Below, one piece after another: positions 8,769 through 17,770 of a stretch of 64,000 bases of DNA. The position numbers and the translations under genes are program-made. Origin of the DNA: Bryobacterales bacterium (GTDB taxonomy: Bacteria > Acidobacteriota > Terriglobia > Bryobacterales > UBA6623); the NCBI GenBank assembly GCA_965205085.1, contig OZ242039.1, positions 2,981,911 to 3,045,910 on the forward strand, in the 5' to 3' direction. The notes below the pieces were generated by a model. The model saw nothing but the letters and a program-made list of their open reading frames with translations. It searched no databases and had not been told where the DNA came from. Numbering within the stretch: the stretch's first letter is position 1; every line of letters begins with the position of its first letter.

Positions 8769-10334
8769 ATGACCCGACAGCGCCTTCCAATCGGGATCCA
8801 GTACTTCCGGCGCCTGCGGGAGACCGGCAGCTATTATGTCGACAAGACCTCCCTCATCCGGCAACTGATCGAGCAGGGCGACTACTATTTCCTGTCCCGG
8901 CCGCGCCGCTTCGGCAAGAGTCTGTTGCTGGACACTTTGGCATCGCTGTTCGAGGGACAAGAAGCCCTGTTCCGGGGTCTGGCCATCCACCCGCACTGGG
9001 ACTGGTCCTCGCCGCACCCGGTGGTACGGCTCAGCTTCGACGGGAAGTACAACCAGCCGGGCGAAATCGAGGGCGACATTATCGAGCAGTTGGAGGGCGT
9101 GGAGTGCGAGTACGATCTCGCGCCGGCCCGGTCCTCCGATACCGGCCCGACGCGTCTCCGCAACCTGCTCCGGCGGCTGCATAGCACCACCGGCCGGCAG
9201 GTGGTGGTGCTGGTGGACGAGTACGACAAGCCGATCCTCGACGTGCTGCATGACCCGGACCTCGCGACCGCCAACCGGGAGTACCTGCGCGGCTTCTACG
9301 GCATCGTCAAGGGCAGTGCCAGACATGTTCGCTTCGTCTTCGTTACCGGCGTCAGCATGTTCTCCAAGGTCAGTCTCTTCTCGGGCCTCAACAACCTGAA
9401 GGACATCAGCCTCGACCCTCGCTATGCCACCCTCTGCGGCTACCGGGAGGAAGACTTGGACCGGGTCTTCGGCCCCGAGCTGGCCGGGCTCGACCGGGAA
9501 TTGATCCGCACCTGGTACAACGGCTACCACTGGCGGGGCGGAGAGCGGGTCTACAACCCCTACGATGTGCTGCTGCTGCTGGATACCCACGAGTTCCAGC
9601 CCTACTGGTTCCAGACCGGCTCGCCCAACTTCCTGTTCCGGATGCTGATGGAGAAGTCGGTCAGCCCGATGGAAATCGAGGGCCGCCTGACGGACAGCAC
9701 ACTGGTCTCGAAGTTCGATGTCGGCAACGTCGATGTCGAGGCGCTGCTCTTCCAGACCGGCTACCTGACCATCGCGGAGGAGCGGTCGGACGATTTCGAT
9801 ACCCTCTACCGTCTCGACTATCCCAATCTCGAGGTCCGGCTCAGCCTGAACCGGGGATTGCTGGCCTGGCTGGGCCAGCGGCGCGCCGAGCAGCTGGTGC
9901 AGGGACGGAAACTCTGTGCGCTGCTGGAGGCGAACGACTTCGCCGGCTTCGGCGAGACCTTCCGCGCGTGGGTCTCGGGCATCCCCTACCTATGGCATAT
10001 GAAAGGGGACCTCGCGCGCTACGAGGCCTGGTACGCGAGTCTCCTCTACATGGGTCTGCACGCCGTCGGGGCGGACCTGAGGGTGGAGGAGGCCTCCTCG
10101 AGAGGCCGGGCGGACATGGTGCTGCGTCACGGCGGGCAGGTCTTTGTGCTGGAGTTCAAGATGGCGGAGGGCGAGGACGGCGGCGAGGCCGCGCTGGATG
10201 CGGCGATGGCCCAGATGCGCGGGCGGGGCTATGCGGACAAGTACAGGGGCAACGCCGAGCCGGTCCATCTGATCGGCGTGGTCTGCGGGCGCGAGGCGAG
10301 GAACCTGCTGGAGGTTCGTGCCGAGCTGGCTTGA
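8769..10334 (+). CDS. AAA-ATPase-like / PD-(D/E)XK family protein, array copy 4
   Basis: 521 aa, same N- and C-terminal signatures. The middle block IAEERSDDFDTLYRLDYPNLEVRLSLNRGLLAWLGQRRAEQLVQGRK is shared only with copy 5. Confidence 0.9.
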   Translation: MTRQRLPIGIQYFRRLRETGSYYVDKTSLIRQLIEQGDYYFLSRPRRFGKSLLLDTLASLFEGQEALFRGLAIHPHWDWSSPHPVVRLSFDGKYNQPGEIEGDIIEQLEGVECEYDLAPARSSDTGPTRLRNLLRRLHSTTGRQVVVLVDEYDKPILDVLHDPDLATANREYLRGFYGIVKGSARHVRFVFVTGVSMFSKVSLFSGLNNLKDISLDPRYATLCGYREEDLDRVFGPELAGLDRELIRTWYNGYHWRGGERVYNPYDVLLLLDTHEFQPYWFQTGSPNFLFRMLMEKSVSPMEIEGRLTDSTLVSKFDVGNVDVEALLFQTGYLTIAEERSDDFDTLYRLDYPNLEVRLSLNRGLLAWLGQRRAEQLVQGRKLCALLEANDFAGFGETFRAWVSGIPYLWHMKGDLARYEAWYASLLYMGLHAVGADLRVEEASSRGRADMVLRHGGQVFVLEFKMAEGEDGGEAALDAAMAQMRGRGYADKYRGNAEPVHLIGVVCGREARNLLEVRAELA

Positions 10335-10956
10335 GGGACCGGGAACGAGCCGTACTCCCAGGGGTTGCGATGCAGTCGCCCGCGGGAGCTTCCCTCGCGA
10401 GCATCCTGGAGCGGAGTGCACCGCTCCCTGCAATACACCTGGAACACCGCCACCGACCCGCCAGACGATCGTTGGGAGCGACTTCCCGAAACGCCGATGG
10501 GGGCACGATGAAGCGACGGTGATTTCCCCTGAAACTCGTAAGGGCAGGCTTTGACATGGACTTGCTAACTTGCCGTAGGCAACCTCCGTGCTCCGGCCCT
10601 CCCAGACCTGCCCACAACCCCCATTCACGCCATCTGGCCGCCAAAGTGGGGCTGATCCAAGGGGTGCCGATCACGCAGCAGTGAGCGCAGTGGCGCGCCG
10701 GGGTGCCTCCGGCATCCCACCATGCAGACACTCGCGCATCGTCAATGGCAGGGGCTTGCCGAGAAATCGCATCGGGGCGATTCGCCGCCCGATGTAGAAT
10801 GTTGGCAGCGAGCAAGACCCGGCCGCCCCGCAGCGCGGAGGGACAACGGAGCGTCGCAGTCGCACGGAATAGCGTGCACGGCCCGGCAGACAACCCCTTC
10901 CGCGCTCCCCATTGGCTGGTCTGGTCCACCGTGCGGTGTCGCGAAGGGAAAGAGCG
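10335..10956 (+). repeat. Array spacer S4, long-variant leader of copy 5
   Basis: 3' module near-identical to S1 and S3. The leader carries the roughly 68-nt extra segment also seen upstream of copy 2. Confidence 0.85.
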
Positions 10957-12522
10957 ATGACCCGACAGCGCCTTCCAATCGGGATCCAGTACTTCCGGCG
11001 CCTGCGGGAGACCGGCAGCTATTATGTCGACAAGACCTCCCTCATCCGGCAACTGATCGAGCAGGGCGACTACTATTTCCTGTCCCGGCCGCGCCGCTTC
11101 GGCAAGAGTCTGTTGCTGGACACCCTGGCGTCGCTGTTCGAGGGGCAAGAATCCCTGTTCCGGGGTCTGGCCATCCACCCGCACTGGGACTGGTCCTCGC
11201 CGCACCCGGTGGTGCGGCTCAGCTTCGGCGGGAAGTACAACCAGCCGGGCGAAATCGAGGGGGACGTTATCGAGCAGCTGGAGGGCGTGGAGTGCGAGTA
11301 CGATCTTGCGCCGGCCCGGGCCTCCGATACCGGCCCGACGCGTCTCCGCAACCTGCTCCGGCGGCTGCATAGCAGCACCGGGCGGCAGGTGGTGGTGCTG
11401 GTGGACGAGTACGACAAGCCGATCCTCGATGTGCTGCACGACCCGGAGCTGGCAACCGCCAACCGGGACTACCTACGCGGCTTCTACGGCATCGTCAAGG
11501 ACAGCGCCAGACATGTTCGCTTCGTCTTCGTTACCGGCGTCAGCATGTTCTCCAAGGTCAGTCTCTTCTCGGGCCTCAACAACCTGAAGGACATCAGCCT
11601 CGACCCTCGCTATGCCACCCTCTGCGGCTACCGGGAGGAAGACCTGGACCGGGTGTTCGGGCCCGAGTTGGCCGGGCTCGACCGGGAATTGATCCGCACT
11701 TGGTACAACGGCTACCACTGGTTGGGCGAAGAGCGGGTCTACAACCCCTACGATGTGCTCCTGCTGCTGGATACCCGCAAGTTCCAGCCCTACTGGTTCC
11801 AGACCGGCTCGCCCAACTTCCTGTTCCGGATGCTGATGGAGAAGTCGGTCAGCCCGATGGAAATCGAGGGCCGCCTGACGGACAGCACGCTGGTCTCGAA
11901 GTTCGATGTCGGCAACGTCGATGTCGAGGCGCTGCTCTTCCAGACCGGCTACCTGACCATCGCGGAGGAGCGGTCGGACGATTTCGATACCCTCTACCGT
12001 CTCGACTATCCCAATCTCGAGGTCCGGCTCAGCCTGAACCGGGGATTGCTGGCCTGGCTGGGCCAGCGGCGCGCCGAGCAGCTGGTGCAGGGACGGAAAC
12101 TCTGTGCGCTGCTGGAGGCGAACGACTTCGCCGGCTTCGGCGAGACCCTCCGCGCGTGGGTCTCGGGCATCCCCTACCTATGGCATATGAAAGGGGACCT
12201 CGCGCGCTACGAGGCATGGTACGCGAGCCTGCTCTACATGGGTCTGCACGCCGTCGGTGCGGACCTGAGGGTGGAGGAGGCCTCTTCGCGAGGCCGGGCG
12301 GACATGGTGCTGCGTCACGGCGGGCAGGTCTTTGTGCTGGAGTTCAAGATGGCGGAGGGCGAGGACGCCAGCGAGGCCGCTCTGGATGCGGCGATGGCCC
12401 AGATGCGCGGCCGGGGCTATGCGGACAAGTACGGGGGCAACGCCGAGCCGGTCCATCTGATCGGCGTGGCCTGCGGACGCGAGGCGAGGAACCTGCTGGA
12501 GGTTCGTGCCGAGCTGGCGTGA
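10957..12522 (+). CDS. AAA-ATPase-like / PD-(D/E)XK family protein, array copy 5 (last)
   Basis: 521 aa, same signatures, TGA at 12520-12522. Confidence 0.9.
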   Translation: MTRQRLPIGIQYFRRLRETGSYYVDKTSLIRQLIEQGDYYFLSRPRRFGKSLLLDTLASLFEGQESLFRGLAIHPHWDWSSPHPVVRLSFGGKYNQPGEIEGDVIEQLEGVECEYDLAPARASDTGPTRLRNLLRRLHSSTGRQVVVLVDEYDKPILDVLHDPELATANRDYLRGFYGIVKDSARHVRFVFVTGVSMFSKVSLFSGLNNLKDISLDPRYATLCGYREEDLDRVFGPELAGLDRELIRTWYNGYHWLGEERVYNPYDVLLLLDTRKFQPYWFQTGSPNFLFRMLMEKSVSPMEIEGRLTDSTLVSKFDVGNVDVEALLFQTGYLTIAEERSDDFDTLYRLDYPNLEVRLSLNRGLLAWLGQRRAEQLVQGRKLCALLEANDFAGFGETLRAWVSGIPYLWHMKGDLARYEAWYASLLYMGLHAVGADLRVEEASSRGRADMVLRHGGQVFVLEFKMAEGEDASEAALDAAMAQMRGRGYADKYGGNAEPVHLIGVACGREARNLLEVRAELA

Positions 12523-12835
12523 GAGACCGGGAACGAGCCGTGCTCCCAGGGGTTGCGATGCAGTCGCCCGCGGGAGCTTCGCTCGCGAGCATCCTGGAGC
12601 GGAGTGCACCGCTCCCTGCAATACACCTGCAACACCGCCAGACGATCGGTGGGAGCGGCTTCCCAGAACGCCGATGGGGGCACGATGAAGCGGCGGTGAT
12701 TTCCGCCGAAACTCGTAGGGGCCGGCTTCGACCTGGACTTGCTGCCTTACCGTAGGGGGACTTCCGTGCTCCGGCCCTCACAGACCCGGCCACTACCCCC
12801 AATCACGCCACCTCATCTGTCCGCCGAAAGGTGCC
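12523..12835 (+). repeat. Terminal, diverged copy (S5) of the 3' module only
   Basis: Alignable block by block with 8215-8530 (GGGAACGAG, GTTGCGATGCAGTCGCCCGC, GGAGCGGAGTGCACCGCTCC, GACGATCGGTGGGAGCGGCTTCCC, CGATGAAGCGGCGGTGA). It has many substitutions and indels and no leader part. Confidence 0.8.
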
Positions 12836-12980
12836 TACTCCCCCTGCGCACGGGGTCGTCGGGATGCGAATAGCGGACGTACTCGATGTCGGTCCCGTCG
12901 GCAGCCAAGGTAACTCGGAAAGGTGTGCCTCGCTGCTCCGGAACACATCCAGTCCGACGCACGCTGCCGAACCTGTGCGG

Positions 12981-13466
12981 CTAGGCAGTCGCCTTGGCCA
13001 TCCGTTGCCTGATCTCCTCCGGCGAGACATCCTCGACGTGGGTGGCGATCGACCATTGATGGCCGAACGGGTCCCGCACCATGCCCGACCGGTCTCCATA
13101 GAACTGGTCCTGCATCGGACGCACTGCGGTCGCTCCATTGGCAATCGCTTTGGCGAAAACCCCATCGGCATCTTCCGTGTACAGCAGCAGCGACACGGCG
13201 GTTCCTCCTAGTGTGCCGGGTGAGACCGCGCCGATGCCGGGGTGCTCGCTGGCCAGCATCACGACCGAATCGCCGATCTCCAGTTCCGCATGCCCGATGC
13301 TGCCGTCAGGTGCTTCCATTCGCAGACGCTCCCTGGCCCCGAACGTCTCCTCGTAGAACTTGATGGCGGCAGGTCCGTCGTCCACGATCAGGTACGCGGT
13401 GACGGAGCCGTACCCGTCGGGAACGGGATTCACGGCCGCGGGGATTTCCTCCTGCATGCCGACCAT
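12981..13466 (-). CDS. VOC/glyoxalase-family protein (PhnB-like)
   Basis: 161 aa. SVTAYLIVDDGPAAIKFYEETFGA...GHAELEIGDSVVMLASE...DQFYGDRSGMVRDPFGHQWSI is typical of this family. TAG stop. Confidence 0.8.
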   Translation of the reverse strand: MVGMQEEIPAAVNPVPDGYGSVTAYLIVDDGPAAIKFYEETFGARERLRMEAPDGSIGHAELEIGDSVVMLASEHPGIGAVSPGTLGGTAVSLLLYTEDADGVFAKAIANGATAVRPMQDQFYGDRSGMVRDPFGHQWSIATHVEDVSPEEIRQRMAKATA

Positions 13467-13535
13467 CGTAGCTCACCAGCACTGGCGGTCAGGCAAGTGA
13501 GGGCCCCACCCAACAATGTCCAGTAGACTCGAACC

Positions 13536-14525
13536 ATGTACCGAGTCTGGAGCGAGAGGGCGATCCTGCCCGATTGCGTGGCCCTTCTTGACGGCGTAGC
13601 CGAGCCGGTCGGCCCCGGTGCCGCAACTCCCGGCAACTTCTTGTCTGCGTTCCCCAACGCCGACTGTATCCTCGCCGGCGGAATGCGGTACGACGGGACA
13701 ACCATGGATCTGGCCCCTAATCTGCTCGCAATCTCCCGAATGGGTATCGGCTACGAGAATGTCGACGTGCCGGCCGCATCCGCACGCGGCATTGCGGTCA
13801 CCTATACGCCCGACGGCCCGACGATCGCGACGGCTGAGCACGCGGTAGCACTGATTTTCGCAATGGCGAAGGACCTCAAAAAGGCGGCTCACGATCTGGC
13901 ACATAACCCGAGCCCCGACCACTACGCACGGCACGCCGCGGTCGAGGTATTCGGATCCCGGGTCGGCCTGGTCGGCCTGGGGCGGATCGGTTCACGGACC
14001 GCCACGATTCTGCTGGCGGCCGGTGCCCGGGTCATTGCCTACGATCCCTACGTTGACGAGGACCGGGCCGAGACGCTGGGCGTGGAGCGGGCCGAATCGC
14101 TGGAGGGTTTGCTGAGCAGTTGCGACATCGTTTCCCTGCACCTGCCGCTGACTCCCTCCACCCGCCATCTGATCAGTTCCGCAACGCTGGCGAGCATGAA
14201 GGCCGGCTCGATTCTGGTGAACGTCTCCCGAGGGGGGCTGGTCGACGAAAAGGCCTTGCTGGATGCACTTGAGAGCGGGCACCTTCGGGGGGTGGGCCTG
14301 GATGTCACGGATCCGGAGCCCGCCGCTCCGGACAACCCTCTGCTGCATCGCAATGACGTCATTGTGACACCCCATGTCGGATCCGCAAGCGCCGCCGGCA
14401 AGCGCCGAATCCTGTCCATGGCGATCGACAACATCCGGAGTGTGCTGAACGGGGCCCAGCCGCAGCATCTCCTGAACCCGGAGGTCTGGCCGCGGGTGAT
14501 TGGACGGCTCAGGGCCCGGTCCTGA
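13536..14525 (+). CDS. D-isomer-specific 2-hydroxyacid dehydrogenase family protein
   Basis: GLVGLGRIGSRTA (GxGxxG), HLPLTPSTRHLI, VNVSRGGLVDEKAL, GLDVTDPEP, TPHVGSAS. Confidence 0.85.
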   Translation: MYRVWSERAILPDCVALLDGVAEPVGPGAATPGNFLSAFPNADCILAGGMRYDGTTMDLAPNLLAISRMGIGYENVDVPAASARGIAVTYTPDGPTIATAEHAVALIFAMAKDLKKAAHDLAHNPSPDHYARHAAVEVFGSRVGLVGLGRIGSRTATILLAAGARVIAYDPYVDEDRAETLGVERAESLEGLLSSCDIVSLHLPLTPSTRHLISSATLASMKAGSILVNVSRGGLVDEKALLDALESGHLRGVGLDVTDPEPAAPDNPLLHRNDVIVTPHVGSASAAGKRRILSMAIDNIRSVLNGAQPQHLLNPEVWPRVIGRLRARS

Positions 14526-14589
14526 CTGTCACCGGGGCGGTATCTGCTATCTTTGGTGAAGTCTTGGTCGCGCCCCCCCGTCGCCTGAC

Positions 14590-15405
14590 GTGTCGCAGGC
14601 GGTCGACGCGCTGGCGACTGGATGGTATTGGGCCCTGCGAGTTTCCGTTCTAGGCAGTGGGTCGAGAGGGAACGCGACGTTCGTCGCGACGGACCGGGTC
14701 CGAGTGCTGTTCGACGCGGGATTCAGTTGCCGCCAGATCCAATTGCGCCTCGAAGCCATCGGAGAGGACTTCCGCGAACTCGACGCCATCGTCATCTCGC
14801 ACGAGCACTCCGACCACATCAACGGGCTGGCGGTCCTGTCGCGCAAGACGAATGCCGCGATACGCATGACCCGACAGACCCTGAGTGCAATGCCTGGCAA
14901 CTTCCACGACGCCGAGATCGTGCCGTTCGAGGCGGGGGGCGGGTTCGCAGTCGAGGACCTGGAGGTCGAGACCTTCACCGTCTCTCACGATGCGATCGAC
15001 CCCGTTGGCTTCTGCATCCGCCACAGCGGAAAGAAGCTCTCACTCGCCACTGACTTGGGGTACATGACGGACTCGGTCCGCCACCACCTCCAAGCATCCG
15101 ACATGCTCATTCTCGAGTCGAACCATGACCTCGACATGCTGAAGTCGGGGCCCTATCCGTGGGAATTGAAGCAGCGAGTCATGAGCAGGGCCGGACACCT
15201 GTCGAATGCCTCAGTGGCAGAGTACCTGCTTCAGGACTGGGACCGTCGCTCCCGGCAGATTGTCCTCGCCCACCTGAGTGCGAACAACAACCATCCTGCG
15301 ATTGCGGAAATGGACGCCAAGGGTGCCTTGGAATCGGCCCGGGCCGGGGCTACGGACGTCTATGTGGCCTCGCAGGACCAGCCCACTCCGGTCTTCGCGC
15401 CGTAA
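14590..15405 (+). CDS. MBL-fold metallo-hydrolase (YycJ-like)
   Basis: VSVLGSGSRGNATFV and VISHEHSDHINGL (HxHxDH). GTG start, exact start uncertain. Confidence 0.8.
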   Translation: MSQAVDALATGWYWALRVSVLGSGSRGNATFVATDRVRVLFDAGFSCRQIQLRLEAIGEDFRELDAIVISHEHSDHINGLAVLSRKTNAAIRMTRQTLSAMPGNFHDAEIVPFEAGGGFAVEDLEVETFTVSHDAIDPVGFCIRHSGKKLSLATDLGYMTDSVRHHLQASDMLILESNHDLDMLKSGPYPWELKQRVMSRAGHLSNASVAEYLLQDWDRRSRQIVLAHLSANNNHPAIAEMDAKGALESARAGATDVYVASQDQPTPVFAP

Positions 15406-15471
15406 GCGCCGGACTCGGGCGGTGCGCCCGGTGACGGGGCCCAGCGGACCATACCTCCCGTGTCCGGTGGA

Positions 15472-16440
15472 TCAGGAGCAGCGTTGCCGGTCATCAGGCG
15501 CACTCAGGCCGCCACAAGTTCGCAACGACGGCAACCGGGGGCACGGCAAACCCAGCAATCGTGTTACCAATACATGCATGGCGAAAGCCTGAGCACCGAA
15601 GAACGGCATGATGGCATAGGCCGCGAGCGGCAATTCAAGAACGCTGAGCGAGGGACCAAGGCTCCAGATGCAGTACCAGCGCGATTCCGCCAGCCCGTTC
15701 AAACCGTCGGCGAGCAGACCGCAGACTAGGCCCGACTTGGCGAGGGCCGCCAGTCGTGAGCGCCGGCCGTCAGTCCAGTCCCGCCAGAGGCTGGGGTAAC
15801 CCCGGACAGCGTTCCAGGGATCAGCCACGAGCAGGAATCCCACGCTGACGAGGGCCAGCAGGTGCTCACCCAGGCCGAGCCTGGGAAGTAGCAGCGGGAG
15901 GGCAAGGCAGGCTGCTCCAGCCACGACCAGAGGCACTGCCTTGCGAATCGACACCGTGCCGGCCCCTCCGGCGCGCACCGTGCGGTTACGGCTCGTTGCC
16001 TGCAGGAGGTCGGCTGTCTCGAACAGGGCGGGCCAGACGCAGGCGAACGCCCAGCCGAGGACCAAGTACCGGGCCAGTCCGCTCGGCAGACCCGCACGAT
16101 ACCATGCCGCCAGGCGCAGGTTGTACCATTCAAACGGCATCCACAGGAACAGCGAGAGGATCACCAGCCAAACGAAGCTCTCGGGACAGGACCGCATCAG
16201 GGAGCGACCACGAATCGCGAGGACCGCCGCATCGACGGCGAGCACGTATCCGGTCCAGGCGAGAGGCACGAGCCCGACGGGTTCATCCCGGAGACTCCCG
16301 AGCAGCACAGTGCTGGTTGCAAGGACGGTCAGGCCGAGCCAGCCCGTGCCTCCGAGCCGGGACAACCGTTCGGAGCGGAGGTAGGCTACCACCAGTCCCG
16401 AGACGGCAATCGTGATTGCAGCGAGCCCCGCCAACCGCAT
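15472..16440 (-). CDS. Polytopic membrane protein, function unknown
   Basis: 322 aa with multiple long hydrophobic segments. No motif recognised. Confidence 0.55.
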   Translation of the reverse strand: MRLAGLAAITIAVSGLVVAYLRSERLSRLGGTGWLGLTVLATSTVLLGSLRDEPVGLVPLAWTGYVLAVDAAVLAIRGRSLMRSCPESFVWLVILSLFLWMPFEWYNLRLAAWYRAGLPSGLARYLVLGWAFACVWPALFETADLLQATSRNRTVRAGGAGTVSIRKAVPLVVAGAACLALPLLLPRLGLGEHLLALVSVGFLLVADPWNAVRGYPSLWRDWTDGRRSRLAALAKSGLVCGLLADGLNGLAESRWYCIWSLGPSLSVLELPLAAYAIMPFFGAQAFAMHVLVTRLLGLPCPRLPSLRTCGGLSAPDDRQRCS

Positions 16441-16478
16441 TGGGATACTGTAGCGACAGTCCCCCTGCGCGGCGCTTG

Positions 16479-17630
16479 ATGTCTGGATTTGTCGAACTCA
16501 ATGACTGGCATGATGCGTCGTCCCTGCTTGCCGTGCCCGCCAGACAGGGAATACTGCGAGTGGATCTCCACGCCGGCCCCCCCTACCTGGGCAGGACAGT
16601 CGACTTGCGGAGACGCCTGCGTCGCCTCCTCCTGCATCCGCAGGGGGTGTCCCGACGTCTCTCGCTCCGGGATGCCGCGCGCAGCGTTCGGTACCGTCAC
16701 ACCGGATCCCGTTTCGAATCGGACCTCCTCCTGTATCGGGCAGCTCAGGAGTACCGGCCGGAACGGGGCCGCGACTTCCTGAAGCTCCGTCAGCCGCTCT
16801 TCGTGAAGGTGCTCATGGGAAATCGCTATCCGCGAGCGTGCGTAACCCGGCGATTGACCCGTAGCAGGGCGACCTTCTACGGTCCGTTCCCCACACGAAC
16901 CTCTGCGGAGCGTTTCCTCGATGCTTGTCTTGACCTGTTCCCGGTCCGTCGCTGCACCGAGAATCTGGCTCCAGCGCCGGACCATCCGGGCTGTGTCTGG
17001 GGCGAGATGCGGCTCTGCCTCCGCCCCTGCCAGGCCGTGTGCGACGACAAAGACTATGCAGCGGAAGTCGGACGCCTGACAGAATTCCTCGCCACCGACG
17101 GCCGGTCGTTGCTGGGCGAAACCGCACAGGCCAGAGACCACGCCAGCGCAGCACTGAACTTCGAGGAGGCGGCGCGTTATCATCGCGTCCTGACCAAGGC
17201 CAAGGACGCTCTGCGAATGCGAGGCGAACTCTCGCGAGATCTGGGTTCGCAGTGCGGACTGGTGCTGCAACTGTCAGCGGAGTCCTCTGCGCTGGAACTG
17301 ACACCGCTTCACAAGGGGACGTTGCAGCGCACCGTACGGGTGCGCTGGCACGGCGAGCCTGCACTCGGCATCCTCGGCCGTGCGATTCGTGACCACCTGG
17401 CGAACCTTGTCTGGGCCGAAGGGCCTCCGCGGGAAAAGGAGGATCATCTGGCGCTGCTCCAGAGATGGTACGGCAGCAGTTTCCGGAAAGGCGAGTTCGT
17501 GGCCTGCGAGCGTCTGGATGCCCTGCCCGGACGAAAGCTTGCGGCCGCCGCCGTTCGCGTGGCCAAGGGCGAGGATTCCGAGCCCGCTGCGCCCACTCTG
17601 GCGGAGGCCTCTTGGACCGGACAGTCCTAG
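16479..17630 (+). CDS. UvrC N-terminal-half homologue (GIY-YIG-like + Cys-rich + UVR domain), lacking the C-terminal endonuclease/HhH half
   Basis: GILRVDL..PYLGRTVDLRRRLRRLL, FYGPFPTRTSAERFLDACLDLFPVRRC, CVWGEMRLCLRPCQAVC, LNFEEAARYHRVL. Start chosen at ATG 16479 to avoid overlap with the upstream gene. Confidence 0.6.
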   Translation: MSGFVELNDWHDASSLLAVPARQGILRVDLHAGPPYLGRTVDLRRRLRRLLLHPQGVSRRLSLRDAARSVRYRHTGSRFESDLLLYRAAQEYRPERGRDFLKLRQPLFVKVLMGNRYPRACVTRRLTRSRATFYGPFPTRTSAERFLDACLDLFPVRRCTENLAPAPDHPGCVWGEMRLCLRPCQAVCDDKDYAAEVGRLTEFLATDGRSLLGETAQARDHASAALNFEEAARYHRVLTKAKDALRMRGELSRDLGSQCGLVLQLSAESSALELTPLHKGTLQRTVRVRWHGEPALGILGRAIRDHLANLVWAEGPPREKEDHLALLQRWYGSSFRKGEFVACERLDALPGRKLAAAAVRVAKGEDSEPAAPTLAEASWTGQS

Positions 17631-17770
17631 GACACCTGACCCGGGCTTTCGCTGCCGGTAGCCACCCGATCGGAAATCCCACGCGGGCTCAGACGCGCGG
17701 TATGGCATTGTGCCTCCGGCCGCCGCCGCTCCACGGGAAACCTGGGCCTTCGAGAGCGTATCCTGATGCC

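Noticed and set aside
1-12835. Possibility that the regular repeats are a CRISPR array.
   Set aside because: The period is about 2.1 kb and each unit contains a 1.5-kb protein-coding gene. There are no short direct repeats with unique spacers anywhere in the window.
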